The notes: generated from the sequence alone by a model not told the origin. Shown: positions 1 through 12,517, counted from the whole stretch's first letter. The stretch: DNA of 63,801 nucleotides, filler included, from Olpidium bornovanus S191 (GCA_017911155.1; 28 parts of 28 records of this genome joined end to end with filler, not necessarily neighbours in it); one strand, 5' to 3'. Made by a program: numbers and translations.

Positions 1-2083
1 GAGCATGCTTTTCTAAGCCGGGTGTCTCGCGACAGTGCCGGCCCGTCCGCGTCGGCGGAACTCTCGCGGCAAACGTCAAGGTCATCCCGGCGCTTGTTTC
101 GCTTCGATCCCGGCCCGGCGTGCTCGCCGGGCCGCGTAAGGGAGAAGGCCGCGCGAATCGGACACACCGGCCGCCAGTGTCCACAGTTTGGGGCGCGGAG
201 CGCGGCCAAGCATGGTTTTTTTTTTCTTTCGGCCTCTTTGCGGCGGCCCTTCACCACTGCAAGACGCTTGCTCAGCGGCGGCGAAAAGGCCATGTGCGGC
301 AGCGCGCCGGTTGTCCGGCGCAGTTCCTCGGCGCTGCCTCGCCAGTCGACTCAGGGCTTCATTCCGACGCACGTAGCCCGTGCGTTGCGTCGTCGTCGTC
401 GCCAGTTGTCTGTATTTCGCCGGGCGGCGGCTGCACTCCATGCGCATTTTCCGTCGGTGCCTCCCGGCGCGCCAAACCCTCAGCGTCGAAGAGGCGCCCG
501 CAACAACCCGGCCGGGGTAAACAAAAGAAAACAAAAAGAGAAACGAAAAAAAAAGAAAAAAGTAAAAACATTTGGCGAGGGGAGATGGGCCAATGGTCAA
601 CTCGTTTTGGGAAGGGAGCGGGGTTAAGGGCACGACCGGCAATGGAGAGCAACAAAAACAGAACCAAACGCATCCCCTCTACGGCCGCCCGCTTGAAGAT
701 GAAGGTATACGACTCTGGCGGGCAAATCTGACCCGACGATAAGTCGACGGCGCAAGAGGTCTCAGTTTTGGGTATTGAAAATCCCTGAAGATCCCAGTTG
801 CTCCGCATCGCCAACTTCGCTGAATTTTTCCAGCACCGCGGCTTAAGTTGGCCAAGCGCCCCACTCTGCGGGGCCTCGCATCAGGGTTCTAGTGTACGCG
901 CACGGTGGTTGAAGTTGGCGAAGTGTGTCGTCGCGTAGATTCAAACGTGGGTTATCCATGCTGGGCGGAAACGGGAATTACTGCTATCACCGCTGTGCGA
1001 ATTTCAGGGTCTGCCCGCTGTCGCCGAAGTGCCGCAAGTAGCCCGAAGCGCAACGCCGCTGGTCTGCCCGCCTCTCTCCAAACATGCTGACGCAGATTTT
1101 TTATTCGATCCAGGCATGTCGCGTGGCGGTTGCCGACCGGATTCCCGCTCTAAAAACCTTTGCCCAGCGCAACGACGCAAACATCACGCCAAAGACCGGT
1201 CGCTATTTGGTACCGCGTCCGCGAATATCTGCCCCTTGTCGGGCGCGATGCGGCCGCGCACGTCACGATTCAAGGCGTCTATTAAGAGCATCGCAATTGC
1301 CAGGGCCCGCCAATTTTCACACCATGATCCGGTTGTTTCCCGCGACTGGCATCGGGATTAACAGGGTATAGGCCCGCGGTCGACCCCCGCCGCAGTCCGG
1401 TTTCCCGGGTCCGCATTTTAGTTTTACTAAGCCTTCCGCTCCGCTCCTGTGGAAAATTTTTCGGCTTTCGCCCCTCGGTGCTCCTACCGGGCCGCAGGCC
1501 GATTGAAGGCAGCGTCGGAAATTCTGTTAAGCTTTTTTTCTTGCGCGGTAAATTCCCGCCGATGTGTGCGGCGTGCCATCCTGACGCCGAAGTTTGTCGT
1601 CTTGCAATTCGCCGCCAGAAGGTTACCCGGCTTTTCCCTTGCACCTGCGCCAGCCAGCGGATCGGGCGAAAAAGCTTCAGAGTATGCGTCTTTGCCTGAG
1701 TTTCGTGCGTGCCCGACGTCGCCGAGACAGGTGCGCGGGCGTGTTTCCCCGACAATTGAAACCGCGGGCGAGGCAGAGCGGCGGCAGCGTAAGACCAAGA
1801 GTGAAAGGCGCTCGGTTCCGCAACACCGCACCTAAAGAGAGCCTGGCCGGGTCGTCGAACGCGGGACCGCCGTCGCGCCGGCGACGCGTCCGCGTCAAAG
1901 CAGCTCTCGCTCTGGCGCTCCAGCGAAAACGGGTCGATACGGCCGCCCCTTGCGAAGACGGAGCACAAACGACCTTTCTGCGCCTCGCCGGGACACTTGA
2001 TCCGCCGGCCGTCCGGCCGACCGCCGCAAAGTGAAATGCGGACCAGACTTTTTACGTCTCCGATGACAAGAGCCTGGAACGTG

Positions 2084-2205
2084 AGCCCCTGCGCAACTAC
2101 CCGATTCAGCTCGACGCGCCCTTCCCGCCGTGACCAAGGCAAAGCCCCTGCGCAATTACCCGATTCAGCTCGACGCGCCCTTCCCGCCGTGACCAAGGCA
2201 AAGCT
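2084..2205. repeat. 59-bp tandem duplication (2 copies, 1 mismatch)
   Basis: agcccctgcgcaa(c/t)tacccgattcagctcgacgcgcccttcccgccgtgaccaaggcaa at 2084-2142 and 2143-2201. Confidence 0.95.
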
Positions 2206-2538
2206 CTCCACCTTTAGCCTTTCCTGCCGACAGCGTCCCCAAACTCCGCACCCGCTTCGGAGATGGCGAGTTTTGGAAGTGCACGTGACCTAAGCGCGAG
2301 TGGTTCTCGAAGGAAAAATGCTTACAGTCGCTGGACGGAATGGGAGTTAGAGAAGCTTGTGTCCCTTGTCCGGAACTCCCTGCGATAGGCGGCTTCTCCA
2401 CGGTGGAGGGAGATTGCTGCTCACTTCCCGAGATGATCCATAGATGGTGTTGTACATAAGTTCTACGCCCTGCAACCGGAAGTCAGGTCGCAAGTTAAAG
2501 TGAAATGGTCTGAACATGACACGCACCTTGCGACGCTG

Positions 2539-3414
2539 CATGTGAGCCAGGGTGTATTAACGCAAGGGCTCGTTGCGTCTCCTGAACATTTGGTGCCGTC
2601 TATTTAAATTCAGTGATGAGTCAGTCCGCTTTCACCCCCATCCTCAGGCCTCACCGACAACGGACCTCTCTCACCTGTCGAATGACAGAAGGCATTCTTG
2701 GCAATCTGCGCAAACACCCAAATCAGATGGGCAGTCCCATGGAATGTCATGAGCAACGCAAACGCAAACCCTGTTCTGATCCGCTTCCAAGGAGGCATCG
2801 TAGGAGATGGAGCACTGATGATGTTGGACTGCTGAAGCAGTTGCGAATTCTAAGCCTACAAGCCGACTGGGTCTATATTTGCGAGCTGCTCGGACGCACC
2901 CCAGATGCCTACAGGCACATGGTGCGTGGTTGTTATGTGGGCATTACGAAACGGTTAAAAACTGGTGTTTGGTTGGTGGCTCAGTTTTACAGATGTTTGA
3001 GGTCGCAGGGCGTTCAGTTTCCCGTACCAAATATTGGTGAGTATAGGAGTAATACCGGCAAGTCGGTAAAATGGTCCAAAGCAGAGGTCGAAAAGCTCGT
3101 TTCCTGCCTCACCGAAATCGAGACCGACTAAGCTGGTCGGAATTGCTGGAGAGTATGTTTGACCGCTTAGCCGAAGCATTCGCACATAAGGCGCGTAACA
3201 CGTCTCACACGACAGAAAGCGCACTTCCACGCACGCTTAGGTTTTTTCCCCTTATTAGTTGAAACGAGTTCGCAAATCGTTGACTGCGAGCAGCGACGGC
3301 CAATCCCGGCGACCCGCGATCTCCGACGAAACAACACGGCGCACACCCGTGCGCAGCCCACATACTCCGTCGCCCCAAAGCCTGTTGACCACTGCTCCGC
3401 ACAGCACAATTTAG
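2539..3414 (+). pseudogene. Decayed Myb/SANT-repeat gene, paralog of 48329-49205
   Basis: WSTDDVGLLKQLR..DWVYICELLGRTPDAY and WSKAEVEKLVSCL..SWSELLESMFDRL are Myb-like. Relative to the paralog it has a 1-nt deletion near 3125 (frameshift), a stop in the upstream exon and a GT-to-GC donor change. Confidence 0.7.
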
Positions 3415-4485
3415 CCGGATCGCGTTTGCGTCGCCGGGAAAAGCTCAGGTCTTGCGGTCGAAGCGCGCGTGCGGCCTGAATTTTATTTTGCGGCGGAGCA
3501 ACGGCGCGCGAGTAAGTTGATTACCACCACCCCGCAACCACCTCCTCTCTACCGCGGGGCCCCTGGCACGGGCGGAAAATTTGTTATTTTCTTTTTGGCC
3601 GGAAGGGGGAGGATGGGATATTAGCGAGCGCAAATTTGTGTTTTTTCTTCAGAAACCGGCTACTGGACAGGAAATTCCGGCTCGCTTCCATTGCATCTAT
3701 AATAAAGGACATTTGGTTGCTCATGTGCTACACCAGGGTGAACGTCACTCCTTTAAGATATCTCCAGCACCTACGGAACAAGCGGCAAGGGCAACTCAGA
3801 TAGCAACCGGGCGCAAATATGGCGGCTGCGACAGTTTGATGCGGCAAAGACCTCGAAGCGGATTGAAGCCACCGTCGCTTCTACTAGCAGCGGGGGGCGG
3901 ACGTTGAGGGGCGCCGACGCCGCGTGAGGGGCAGTCGAGGAGGCAATGCCGCCAAACAAAGAAAGCGACGAAGATACCCCAACCAAATCCAGCGGCCCGT
4001 GCAATACGCACGGGCCGCTGATGCACGGCCGTTTCCACTTGTGACGCGGCATTGCCGACAAACGGGGCGCCCCCGCCTTCGGGGTACAGTTATTGACACT
4101 TAGATCCATCTACGCCTGTAAGCCTATTAGACGGTGTAGTATCATGTGACCCTTATTCCTGTTGGTCAAATACTATCGCATTGAACGAGCTATTATTAGT
4201 TGTGCGCCGAGAGTCAAGGAAGGCTGCCGCTGCAGCCGTTTGGCAATCCAGCCGCTGCGGGAACGGCCGGCGCCCTGTCACGGCCATCTTGGCCATCCAG
4301 GTGTTCGCGCCTTTCCGGAAGGCCGATCAGGAGGAGGCTACACGCCCCGAACAGCAAAAGACCATGTTCCAAACGGGGGACTAGCTTTTTGTCCCGGCGT
4401 TCGGAGCGCGGGTATTCAGGCGCCTGATTAAGGTTTGCGCGACTACGCTTGCCTCTGGCACAAGTCTTAATTAAAACGCTCGAGC

Positions 4486-4827
4486 TCAGTACCAGTTACC
4501 GTAGCCCTTGTCCTTCCCATAGCCGCCGAAGCCTTTCTTCCCGTAGCCTTTCTTCCGGTAGCCGCCGAATCCCTTCTTCCCGTATCCGCCGTAGCCCTTG
4601 CCCTTCCCGTATCCGCCGTAGCCCTTGCCCTTCCCGTATCCGCCGTAGCCTTTGCCCTTCCCATAGCCGCCGTAGCGCTTTCCTTTCCCGTAGCCGCCGT
4701 CGACGTCTCCGGGAGGGAAAGGCTCCGGAGCGGGCGCCGGCGCCGGCGCCGGATCGGGATGCGGCGCTGCGCGAACGACCTGCGCGAGGGCAGCAACTGC
4801 GATGGCAGCTATGACAGCGACTTTCAT
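4486..4827 (-). CDS. Small secreted Gly/Tyr/Lys-rich repeat protein (113-aa precursor)
   Basis: Intronless ORF: hydrophobic signal MKVAVIAAIAVAALAQVVRA, then X-Pro dipeptide run APHPDPAPAPAPAPEPFP, a KR site, and YGGYGKGKG repeats encoded by 27-bp units with synonymous variation. Confidence 0.9.
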   Translation of the reverse strand: MKVAVIAAIAVAALAQVVRAAPHPDPAPAPAPAPEPFPPGDVDGGYGKGKRYGGYGKGKGYGGYGKGKGYGGYGKGKGYGGYGKKGFGGYRKKGYGKKGFGGYGKDKGYGNWY

Positions 4828-5278
4828 GATTTCCTGGAATTATCCTGGAACGGTGGGCTCCTCCGTGGGCTCCTTCGCGAGGCAGTCAAACTGTTTTGGG
4901 GGAATACACGGAGTTAGATAAAACGAGTGAATAACGCTCTTGCGTGGCAATCCCCCGTTTGCCACGAAACCGGGCTATTCCCTTTTTCGGCTTTGGGCGT
5001 TAGGGTGGGCGTCCAAGTCCTGGTGCAAAAACCGAAAGGCTGTCTTCGCCGGTCTTTATATCTGAAAGACTTGCGATCGCTCTCGTACCTGCCGCGCGCC
5101 AACCGGACGCGCCCCCCGCGCTTGTCTCAAGGAAAACGCCCGCCAGAAAAATGGCGCGCGTTTCCGGAAATTGGAATTGCATGCCAAATTCGGATGATCC
5201 AAATTGCCACAAGCTGGAAAACGAAAAAACGCTTTACCGCGAGCAGCATTGTGGCGCCTCCAGCCCAACAAACCGACC

Positions 5279-5378
5279 NNNNNNNNNNNNNNNNNNNNNN
5301 NNNNNNNNNNNNNNNNNNNNNNTTAATTAATTAANNNNNNNNNNNNNNNNNNNNNNNNNNNNNNNNNNNNNNNNNNNN
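5279..5378. other. Artificial contig-joining spacer (first of 27 identical 100-bp spacers)
   Basis: N44-TTAATTAATTAA-N44, stops in all six frames. Others begin at 8834, 10407, 12518, 14200, 18242, 19802, 22037, 23194, 26207, 28019, 29467, 30581, 32324, 33784, 35013, 37442, 39018, 43487, 47630, 49206, 50306, 54655, 56340, 57748, 59189, 60983. Confidence 0.99.
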
Positions 5379-5499
5379 GGGGGGGGATGCCGAAACGCAG
5401 GATTGACCGCGAGGTGCGCACACGTTGTTTGCGGACGCGCGTGTATAACCGGGCCTGCTTTTTCTCGGCGAAAAGGCGGCGCGCAAGTCGCCGGCACAG

Positions 5500-7262
5500 C
5501 GGATCCACGCGGTCGCCGCCTCCGTCGCCACCTATGAGGGAGCTTCCGGAGCAGTGGAAAAGGCCGCGGCACTCCAGGGTGGTCCGCCGGAATACGTCTT
5601 CTGCTGCGCGGGTGAGGATCTGCGCTCCGCCGACGCGAGCACGGAGCCAACCGCCGCGCACGGGCGGAGGAGTGAGGAGGAGAAGTGGGGTTGGGAGGTG
5701 GGAGAGGCTGGCAAAAAGTTAGGACGAGGACGAGGACGAGAGACGAGGCTGCGGAATGAAGCTAACCAGACCGCGCACGGGCCGCCGCGCGACGATACGT
5801 TGCAGGCCTGGCGAGGCCGATGACCTTCCTGGATCAAACCGTGAAGAACTTCGAGGAGGTGATGCAGGTCAACTACTTCGGCTCCTTGTATACGATCAAG
5901 GTGCGAACCGGCCGTTTCGGTTCGCCTCTGCGATTGACGCCCGCCCGGGCACCTCAAAAGCCCGCGAGCGCGCCGGTGCGACCGGAGGATTCACGTGTTT
6001 TGGCCGTGCAGGCGGCGGTGCACAAGATGGTCGAACAGAACATTCGAGGGAGGGTTCTCGTTACTGGTTCGGTTGCGGGGTTCATGGGCATGTTCGGCTA
6101 CGCGGATTACGCCCCCACTAAGCACGCTCTGCGGGGTGAGATTTCTTTGTGCGCCCGTCCTCGCTTTGCTGGTGGGATGCCGTCGGGTAACTGCGCCAGA
6201 CATCGCTGACCGAGGGGCGCGCACGTGGGCGGAGCTGGGCGCCATCCTTGCAGGCCTGGCAGAGTGCTTGCGCAACGAGCTGCTGATGTACGGGATAAAG
6301 GTTCACTATTACGCGCCGAACACCATACTCTCGCCGGGATTCGAAGTAGAGGTGGGGCCATTTTTTTTTCGATACGCGCCCGGTCGGAATCCTCTCCGCT
6401 TTCCGAGAGGTACCAGCCGATTATCGGGACGCTCTCAACTTCGGCGGGAAAGCGGCGACCTCAATCTCAACGCCGTTGACGTTTCGTCCCCCAGCAACAA
6501 ACAAAGCCCCAGATCACAAAGGATTTTGAGGGCTCAGGTACCGTTTTTTGAGACACTGTTGACTTTTCAGTGCGGCATGCCACTATTTACAGTTGCCGGT
6601 GGTCGTTTTTGGGCGTCACGCGTGGACTTCCTGTGTTGTGCTGCAGACGGGATGACGCCAGACCAGTGCGCGGACGGTCTCCTCAAGGGTACGTGGCACG
6701 TAGCCGCTGTGCGAATTGACGAACGGGGCGGAGCTTTCAACAGTGGGATGTCGAAATACTTACTGTTGTACGCCGCTTCACGGTTCGGGATAATTCGTGC
6801 ACCGTCCAGGGCTTGGACGCAACGAATTCCTGATTACCACGGACATCGTCGGAGACGTTTTCCGATGCACCATGACCGGTGAGCGAACGGAGGACGAAAG
6901 GCCCGACCGCCTCAACGCACCAGCCGGGAAAGCCTTTACAAACAATTTCCCGCTCTCTTCGGTACCGTCGTTGGCCCTTTTTTCCCCGCGTTTTCTCCCA
7001 GGGTTATCCCCTCAGAATAATGTCATCGTAGACGCCGTTCTCGCTGCGGCCGCCTGGGTAAGTGTCGGCTTGGGGGGGGGGAAGGGGGTGGGAGACGCGG
7101 ATCAGCTTCCCGTTGTTCTGCGGTATGTAGGGCGCCTTGTAGCCCGCCAACTAGACGACTTTCCAGATCATTCTGGGTCCCGTCAGGATGTACATGGACC
7201 TCGTCGTGTGGAACGAGGGCAAGAGGCTCAGGGCGAAACGGCCGCAGAAGAAGGAGAGTTGA
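5500..7262 (+). CDS. TSC10: 3-ketodihydrosphingosine reductase (SDR family), 5'-partial, multi-exon
   Basis: Exons read RIHAVAASVATYEG..PEYVFCCAG / VMQVNYFGSLYTIK / VTGSVAGFMGMFGYADYAPTKHALRG (YxxxK) / LAECLRNELLMYGIKVHYYAPNTILSPGFEVE / MTPDQCADGLLKG / EFLITTDIVG / ..RAKRPQKKES*. The C-terminus is a KKxx ER-retrieval signal. GT-AG introns separate the exons. Confidence 0.88.
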
Positions 7263-8186
7263 CGATCGATTCCTCTTCTGGTCGCTTACGAAGCAAGATT
7301 CCGCAGTCTCCAGGAGTAGGTCGCTTGTAATGATATGTGCCGGGGGCGACTGTCATTGTGCTTCGGAGAGCACGCTTCCCTCCGCTAGGTTATTGGTTTG
7401 GCCGATCATGTACACCGGGCTGCTTGACTTCAGACTTTTGCGGTGGCGTCGGCACCCCACGCTTGGATCCACCGCGGGACTGACCTAATCTCGGTGTCAA
7501 ACGCACCCCCACGGCATCCGCGAAATCCCGCCGCACCCAACGAGCGAGAACTCTGAAGGTGACGGCTAAGGGGATCGCCAGGTTCAAGGGTTAAATTGAT
7601 GTCAGTGGCAAATAACCTGGGGGCTGCGTTTGTAACTGCTGGAGATTTACACATCAGCTCTGTGGCAGGAGTGGCGCAGAGGGTTCAAGCCGTCAGTGCT
7701 GCTCAGACCCCCGCGCAGACCAGCACCGGGCGGGGGGTGGCAAGCAGCAGCGGAATGTCGTGCCTTGGAAACAGGGGCCACGGAAGCGCGCTTACTGGCG
7801 GTCGTCAGGCCGAGGCGGCGCCGCCGCACCGCCGAGGAGCGATCGGCACCGCCTCGGAGGGAAAGGGGGAGGGAGTGGGGCGCGTGGGCCCGGGGGAGGA
7901 CCGGAGTGGGGTGCAAAGGAGTGGAGGAATCCACAAGAAACTTCCGGTTCGCTCCCCGATTCCCTTCCCGCCGTCCCCTGCGGAAGAGGCGTCGGAGACG
8001 GTCGCCGGCGGTGCGCGCGCAGTCGATTTTGGCACCCTCGTTGCGTTCGGCAGGAAGTCCGGGGTAGGACAGGTTTTTCGTCCGGAACTACGCTGCGCAA
8101 GGAAGCAGACCCTCCCCCCACGCCCCGCCCCCCTTCCTTCCCTGCCTCCCCTTCCGTCCCTTCTTTCCCTCCCCTTCCGCCGCACA

Positions 8187-8479
8187 TGGTCCGGAGCCTG
8201 GACGGTGACGCCGCCTCCTCCGCCGCCTCCTCCGCCGCCGCCGCCGCCCAGGAGCAACGCGCGCGGGAGGACGGGAAGGGTCTGCAGGACCAACGCGACG
8301 AAGAAGAAGTGAAAGCGGAGGACGGCGGCGGCGGCGACGACGCCGACGACGACGGCGAGGATGCGCGTTGGCGACCTAAAGGTTCTGCGGCCGGAGACGC
8401 GTTGCGCGAGAGACCGCCGCCGCCGTGGGACCTTCTGGAGGAGTCGAACTTCCTGCGGCTGTGCTGCAGGGGCCGGAGG
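8187..8479 (+). CDS. Probable first exon of an unidentified acidic, low-complexity protein
   Basis: ATG-initiated MVRSLDGDAASS..EEEVKAEDGGGGDDADDDGED..WDLLEESNFLRLCCRGR, followed by a GTAACC donor and an A-rich, intron-like tract. No family recognised. Confidence 0.35.
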
Positions 8480-9392
8480 TAACCAAAACCAAAAAAAAAA
8501 AAAAAAAACCCAAACAAACGCGCGCCACACAGCAGCAAACGCGTCTCTCTCTTCTCGTCTCTTCTCTCTTCCGCGCCGGCCAAAACGCGAACGAGCGCCG
8601 CCCTTCCCCTCCGCGCCCTTTTCCTCCACCCCGCCCCCGCTTCACTCCCCTCTCACCCTCACACCGCCGCACCCCCCCCCCCCCCCCCCCCCCGCCCCCC
8701 CCCCCGCCCCCGCCCCCCCCCGCCACTGCTGAAACGGGGCCTGCTTGTCAACCGTTTTCCCTCCAGTAACGTCTACAGCACGTCGCTGTTCACCTCGAGC
8801 TTACCGCTGACCGGCGTTGAGACCTCGCGACCCNNNNNNNNNNNNNNNNNNNNNNNNNNNNNNNNNNNNNNNNNNNNTTAATTAATTAANNNNNNNNNNN
8901 NNNNNNNNNNNNNNNNNNNNNNNNNNNNNNNNNCGTCATGGCTTTATAGTGGCGGGGAGCAAACCACCGAGGACTGAAGCATTGATTCCGTTATCAATTC
9001 CGAAAGTCAAGGGCACGCTGCAGCGGATGAGCTTTTTTGGTTACACCCGTTGGCAGGTTATTTTAGGGTGACGCAATACAAGAGAAGGCAAGGTGGTCCA
9101 GGACTGAGGTTGCCTGGCAGCTGAAGCCAAAATTGCGAATTCTCCTCCGCCCCGAACGCCTTTGTGATATGTGGAAGGATGGCGAAATTCATCCATTTGC
9201 CTGTCTCACTGCCTACGGGCGACGCGCGCTCCTTGACCGGAAAACGACGCGGTGTCGAGCGGCTCGGGAGGGCCCCCTGGAACCGGTGCGCGGAGGAGCT
9301 CAGGATATGTGAAGCCGAGCGGCGCCTGAAACTGCTCGCTCCCGCGCAGACTACAGAAGGAACTGGACGAGGGAGCTCCAAGGCGCGGAGAG

Positions 9393-10385
9393 ATGTCGGC
9401 GCTAAAGGACCTCGTGACTGGAGGGGCGAACTGCACGGAGGAGGGAGGGGGAAGCGGGCCGGCGTCAGTCCTCGCGAGACACCTCACCCGGGACTTGACG
9501 CTGGCAGGCGGGAGGGGACCCTTGCAACCAGCAACCGAACTGGTAGGCGGTCCGTTCATGTTTTCCCTGGAGGGGGCGCCGGGGGCGGTTCCGAAATGGG
9601 TGGGAAGGGAGCTCGACGCCGGTAACTTCGCTGACCGCATATCCTCTGGTGCGCGCTTGCATGGTGGCCCGTACGTCGCCTTTTCACGCTGGGACAACCC
9701 AGCGCAGACCAGCCGTGTCTGCTGCAAGAAACGTGAGTCTGGACTCTCCTGTGCGATGGTGACTCAAACCTCTCGGCGGAGCAACTTAAACTTCACGCCC
9801 CGCGGTTTTAGGCATTCGCTTCGCAGCAAGCGGCGCCCGCGTATTCGTGGGAGAGCGAGGTCTGCGTCCTTTTAATTGATCTTTGCGAACTGCTCCGCGC
9901 CCCGCTATCTGATCTTTCCTGATTGCCGTCGCCTGTTGCACATTGTCAGTTCGCCAGCAGTGCTTGGGACGCGTCTAGTAGGAGTGGCGAGCCACCGACG
10001 ATTCACTCGAACTTTGGATTCGGCAGCCTGAATCACGAAGTAGACGAGCTTGAGCGTTCGCTGGCCCCATTCAGTTCCCGCGGCGATCCAAGGGACTGGG
10101 CATCAGAATTTACGGGGCAGCTCCCAGATGTCACCGAATCTGAGGGCCAGGAGCAGTGGTTCCAGGCCGCGTTCGAACGTGCGTTCGAAAATGCCGACAC
10201 CTCCCGTGATGATTTATCAGGTGAGAACGCTGGACGGTCAGATCTGGGCATGACCAACGGTGCACTGACAAAGCGGCGCACGGTGTAACAGTCGAACAAT
10301 TGGAACACTTCACGCCGGAAGGTTCAGCGCCTTCAAAGGAGGACCAGCAGCGGTTTGGAAATGCATATGATGACGCCGCGTCAGG
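9393..10385 (+). CDS. PEX5: Peroxisomal targeting signal 1 receptor, N-terminal part (3'-partial, spliced)
   Basis: MSALKDLVTGGANC.. carries the conserved N-terminal Cys, like plant MAMRDLVNGGAAC. Downstream exons have WxxxF-type pentapeptides (WASEF, FERAF, FGNAY). The TPR domain is not on this contig. Confidence 0.75.
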
Positions 10386-11614
10386 TGAGATGGTCTGTTT
10401 CCATGANNNNNNNNNNNNNNNNNNNNNNNNNNNNNNNNNNNNNNNNNNNNTTAATTAATTAANNNNNNNNNNNNNNNNNNNNNNNNNNNNNNNNNNNNNN
10501 NNNNNNGCACAAACGCCCCCCCCCCCCCCCCCCCCCCGCCCCCCCCCCCCCCCCCAAAAAAAAAAAAAAAAAAAAAAAAAAAACAGATGTCCTCGTCCTT
10601 GCCGACGCATTCCCGACCCTGAGCGACCTTTCGTCCGCCACCGTGTCGAGCCTGATGGAGTGCTCTTTGGACCGTTCGACGGCGGAGAAGATTTCGACCT
10701 TCCTGTCGCAAGACTTCTCCGTGTGACCCGCGCCAGTAAATTATGCGGCTTCCCTCGCCCTCTTTTGAAGTCTCGCCGTCTGGTGCTCTTATCCCCCCCC
10801 CTTCCCCCCACCTACCACCCGCTTCTCGGCGCTGCTTCTGGTCGCGGCCGCGCGGCGCGCCCAGGACCGCGAGGTTTATCCGATTTGCTGCGTTTTCACT
10901 GCTTTATACGGATCGTTTTTTTCCCCCTGTGACTATCAGCCGTTCGGCTGTTTTTCTTTTTTTTTTAAAAAAAAAAAATAATTCGGGGTTGATGATGCGC
11001 CCCAACCTTCTCCCTGACAGACAACGATCAACGAAATTTGATGGCAGTACAGTATTCGCAATGCCATCATTGTTCAATCCGCGGCCTGTGTCGTTGTGTT
11101 CGTTGTCTACTGAGAGGGAGGGAATAGGGAAGGGGTTGGGGGGGGGGGGGGCTGCCCGCTCATCTGAGGCATATCGTCTTTTGAGAGGTGAACGGAAAAG
11201 CGGCGTAACACGCTCCGGGAGAAGAGTTGGGAGTGTGTTCTCGAAGACCCCCCCCCCCTCCCCACCACCCTGTGTACTTAGTTTGATCCCAGGACTCTGA
11301 TACAAGCGGCCCTGGACTATATGCTTCCGAACCGACCGGAGCGGGGACCTGGATTTGGCAAATTTTTCTCGTCCAAGGGGGGATCCTGAACACACGGACA
11401 TAAGTAGCTGGGCGGGGTGGAGGTGGGGAAAGGGGAGTTCCTTGAGTGTTCTGGGATGCAAAATTCCAATCAAATTTACTATCAGTAAAGCGTCAGACGC
11501 TGATTATACGTTTATGTTTGCTGCATCACAATGCTGCCAAATGCCCAGGGGAAAAAATTTTCATAAGCCACGCTTTAGAGTGGCCCGTAATTTTTGCCGG
11601 AAGAGAGAGAATGA

Positions 11615-11654
<40 letters not shown>

Positions 11655-11820
11655 GAGGGGGGGGGGGGGGGGCGGGGGGGGGGGGGGGGGGGGGGGGGGG
11701 GTTGGAAAAGGGAGGGAGGGAGAGACAGAGAGAGAGAGAGAGAAAGAGAGAAAGAGAGACAGAAAAAAAGCCGCGGCTAAATAAATACGGAACGCGAAAT
11801 TCGTGACGTTTTCTTTCGTT

Positions 11821-12517
11821 TCATCTCGGCCCGTGGGTCGGATGGCGCAGCGCCATCCGCACGCTGAACCCCCGAACTGTCATCTCGGGGGTCATCGCCA
11901 CCGGCTGCGAGCTCGCCGATCCCTCCGTTTTAACGTCGCCGGCCTGACCGCTCTTACACTCCTGGGAGGGGGCGGGCGCGTCCTCGAACGCCGCCCCGGC
12001 CGGAGCGGTGTCGGCCGGAGCAACCGGATCGAAGGAGAAGGCGGGCGACCAGCCCGCCACCCGCGCCTCGAGCTCGCGGACGGCCGCCTCGCCGAACCGG
12101 AACTCGTCGAACTGGTCAAACACGAACCGCCGGACGGGCAGCCGGAAGTGGAAAGCGCCGAACAGGCGCAGCGTCTCAAAGTACAGCGCCGGCTGTTGGA
12201 ACAGCTTCGGGTTCTCGTGTCTCGCCCTTCCGCGATTTCGTTTTTGCGTAAATCCAGTAAGTGGTCAGACATGCTGTTGTTATTTCGATGACGCTCGTGA
12301 CTGAGAAAACCTGGGTGTGCGTACCTGACCAAGGCCTTGGACGCCGCTGCGGCGAGTATGTGGTTGCTTAAATTGCCTATGGATGAGAGCACTTTGCATG
12401 CTCCGGCATCGAGCTTTTCTGTTCTTGACACCGTATCGCTGAAATCTGCTACTGATCGTGGCCGCAGGTTCGGCCATCCGGATATCTTCGTTACGGACGA
12501 GACGGGTGGTAAGGAAA
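11821..12517 (-). CDS. AVO3: TORC2 subunit Rictor/Avo3/Ste20, C-terminal exons
   Basis: KVLSSIGNLSNHILAAAASKALVR / HENPKLFQQPALYFETLRLFGAFHFRLPVRRFVFDQFD matches the Rictor C-terminal domain (NLSNHIL and FRLPVRRFI motifs). Confidence 0.85.

Noticed and set aside
22-2300. Many overlapping 100-300-aa ORFs at the start of contig 1
   Set aside because: Arg/Pro/Ala-rich frames on both strands with no recognisable domain, as expected from stop-poor GC-rich DNA.
5323-5334. TTAATTAATTAA (PacI-like) motif repeated 27 times
   Set aside because: Always centred in 100-bp N spacers. It is an artificial six-frame-stop linker, not biology.
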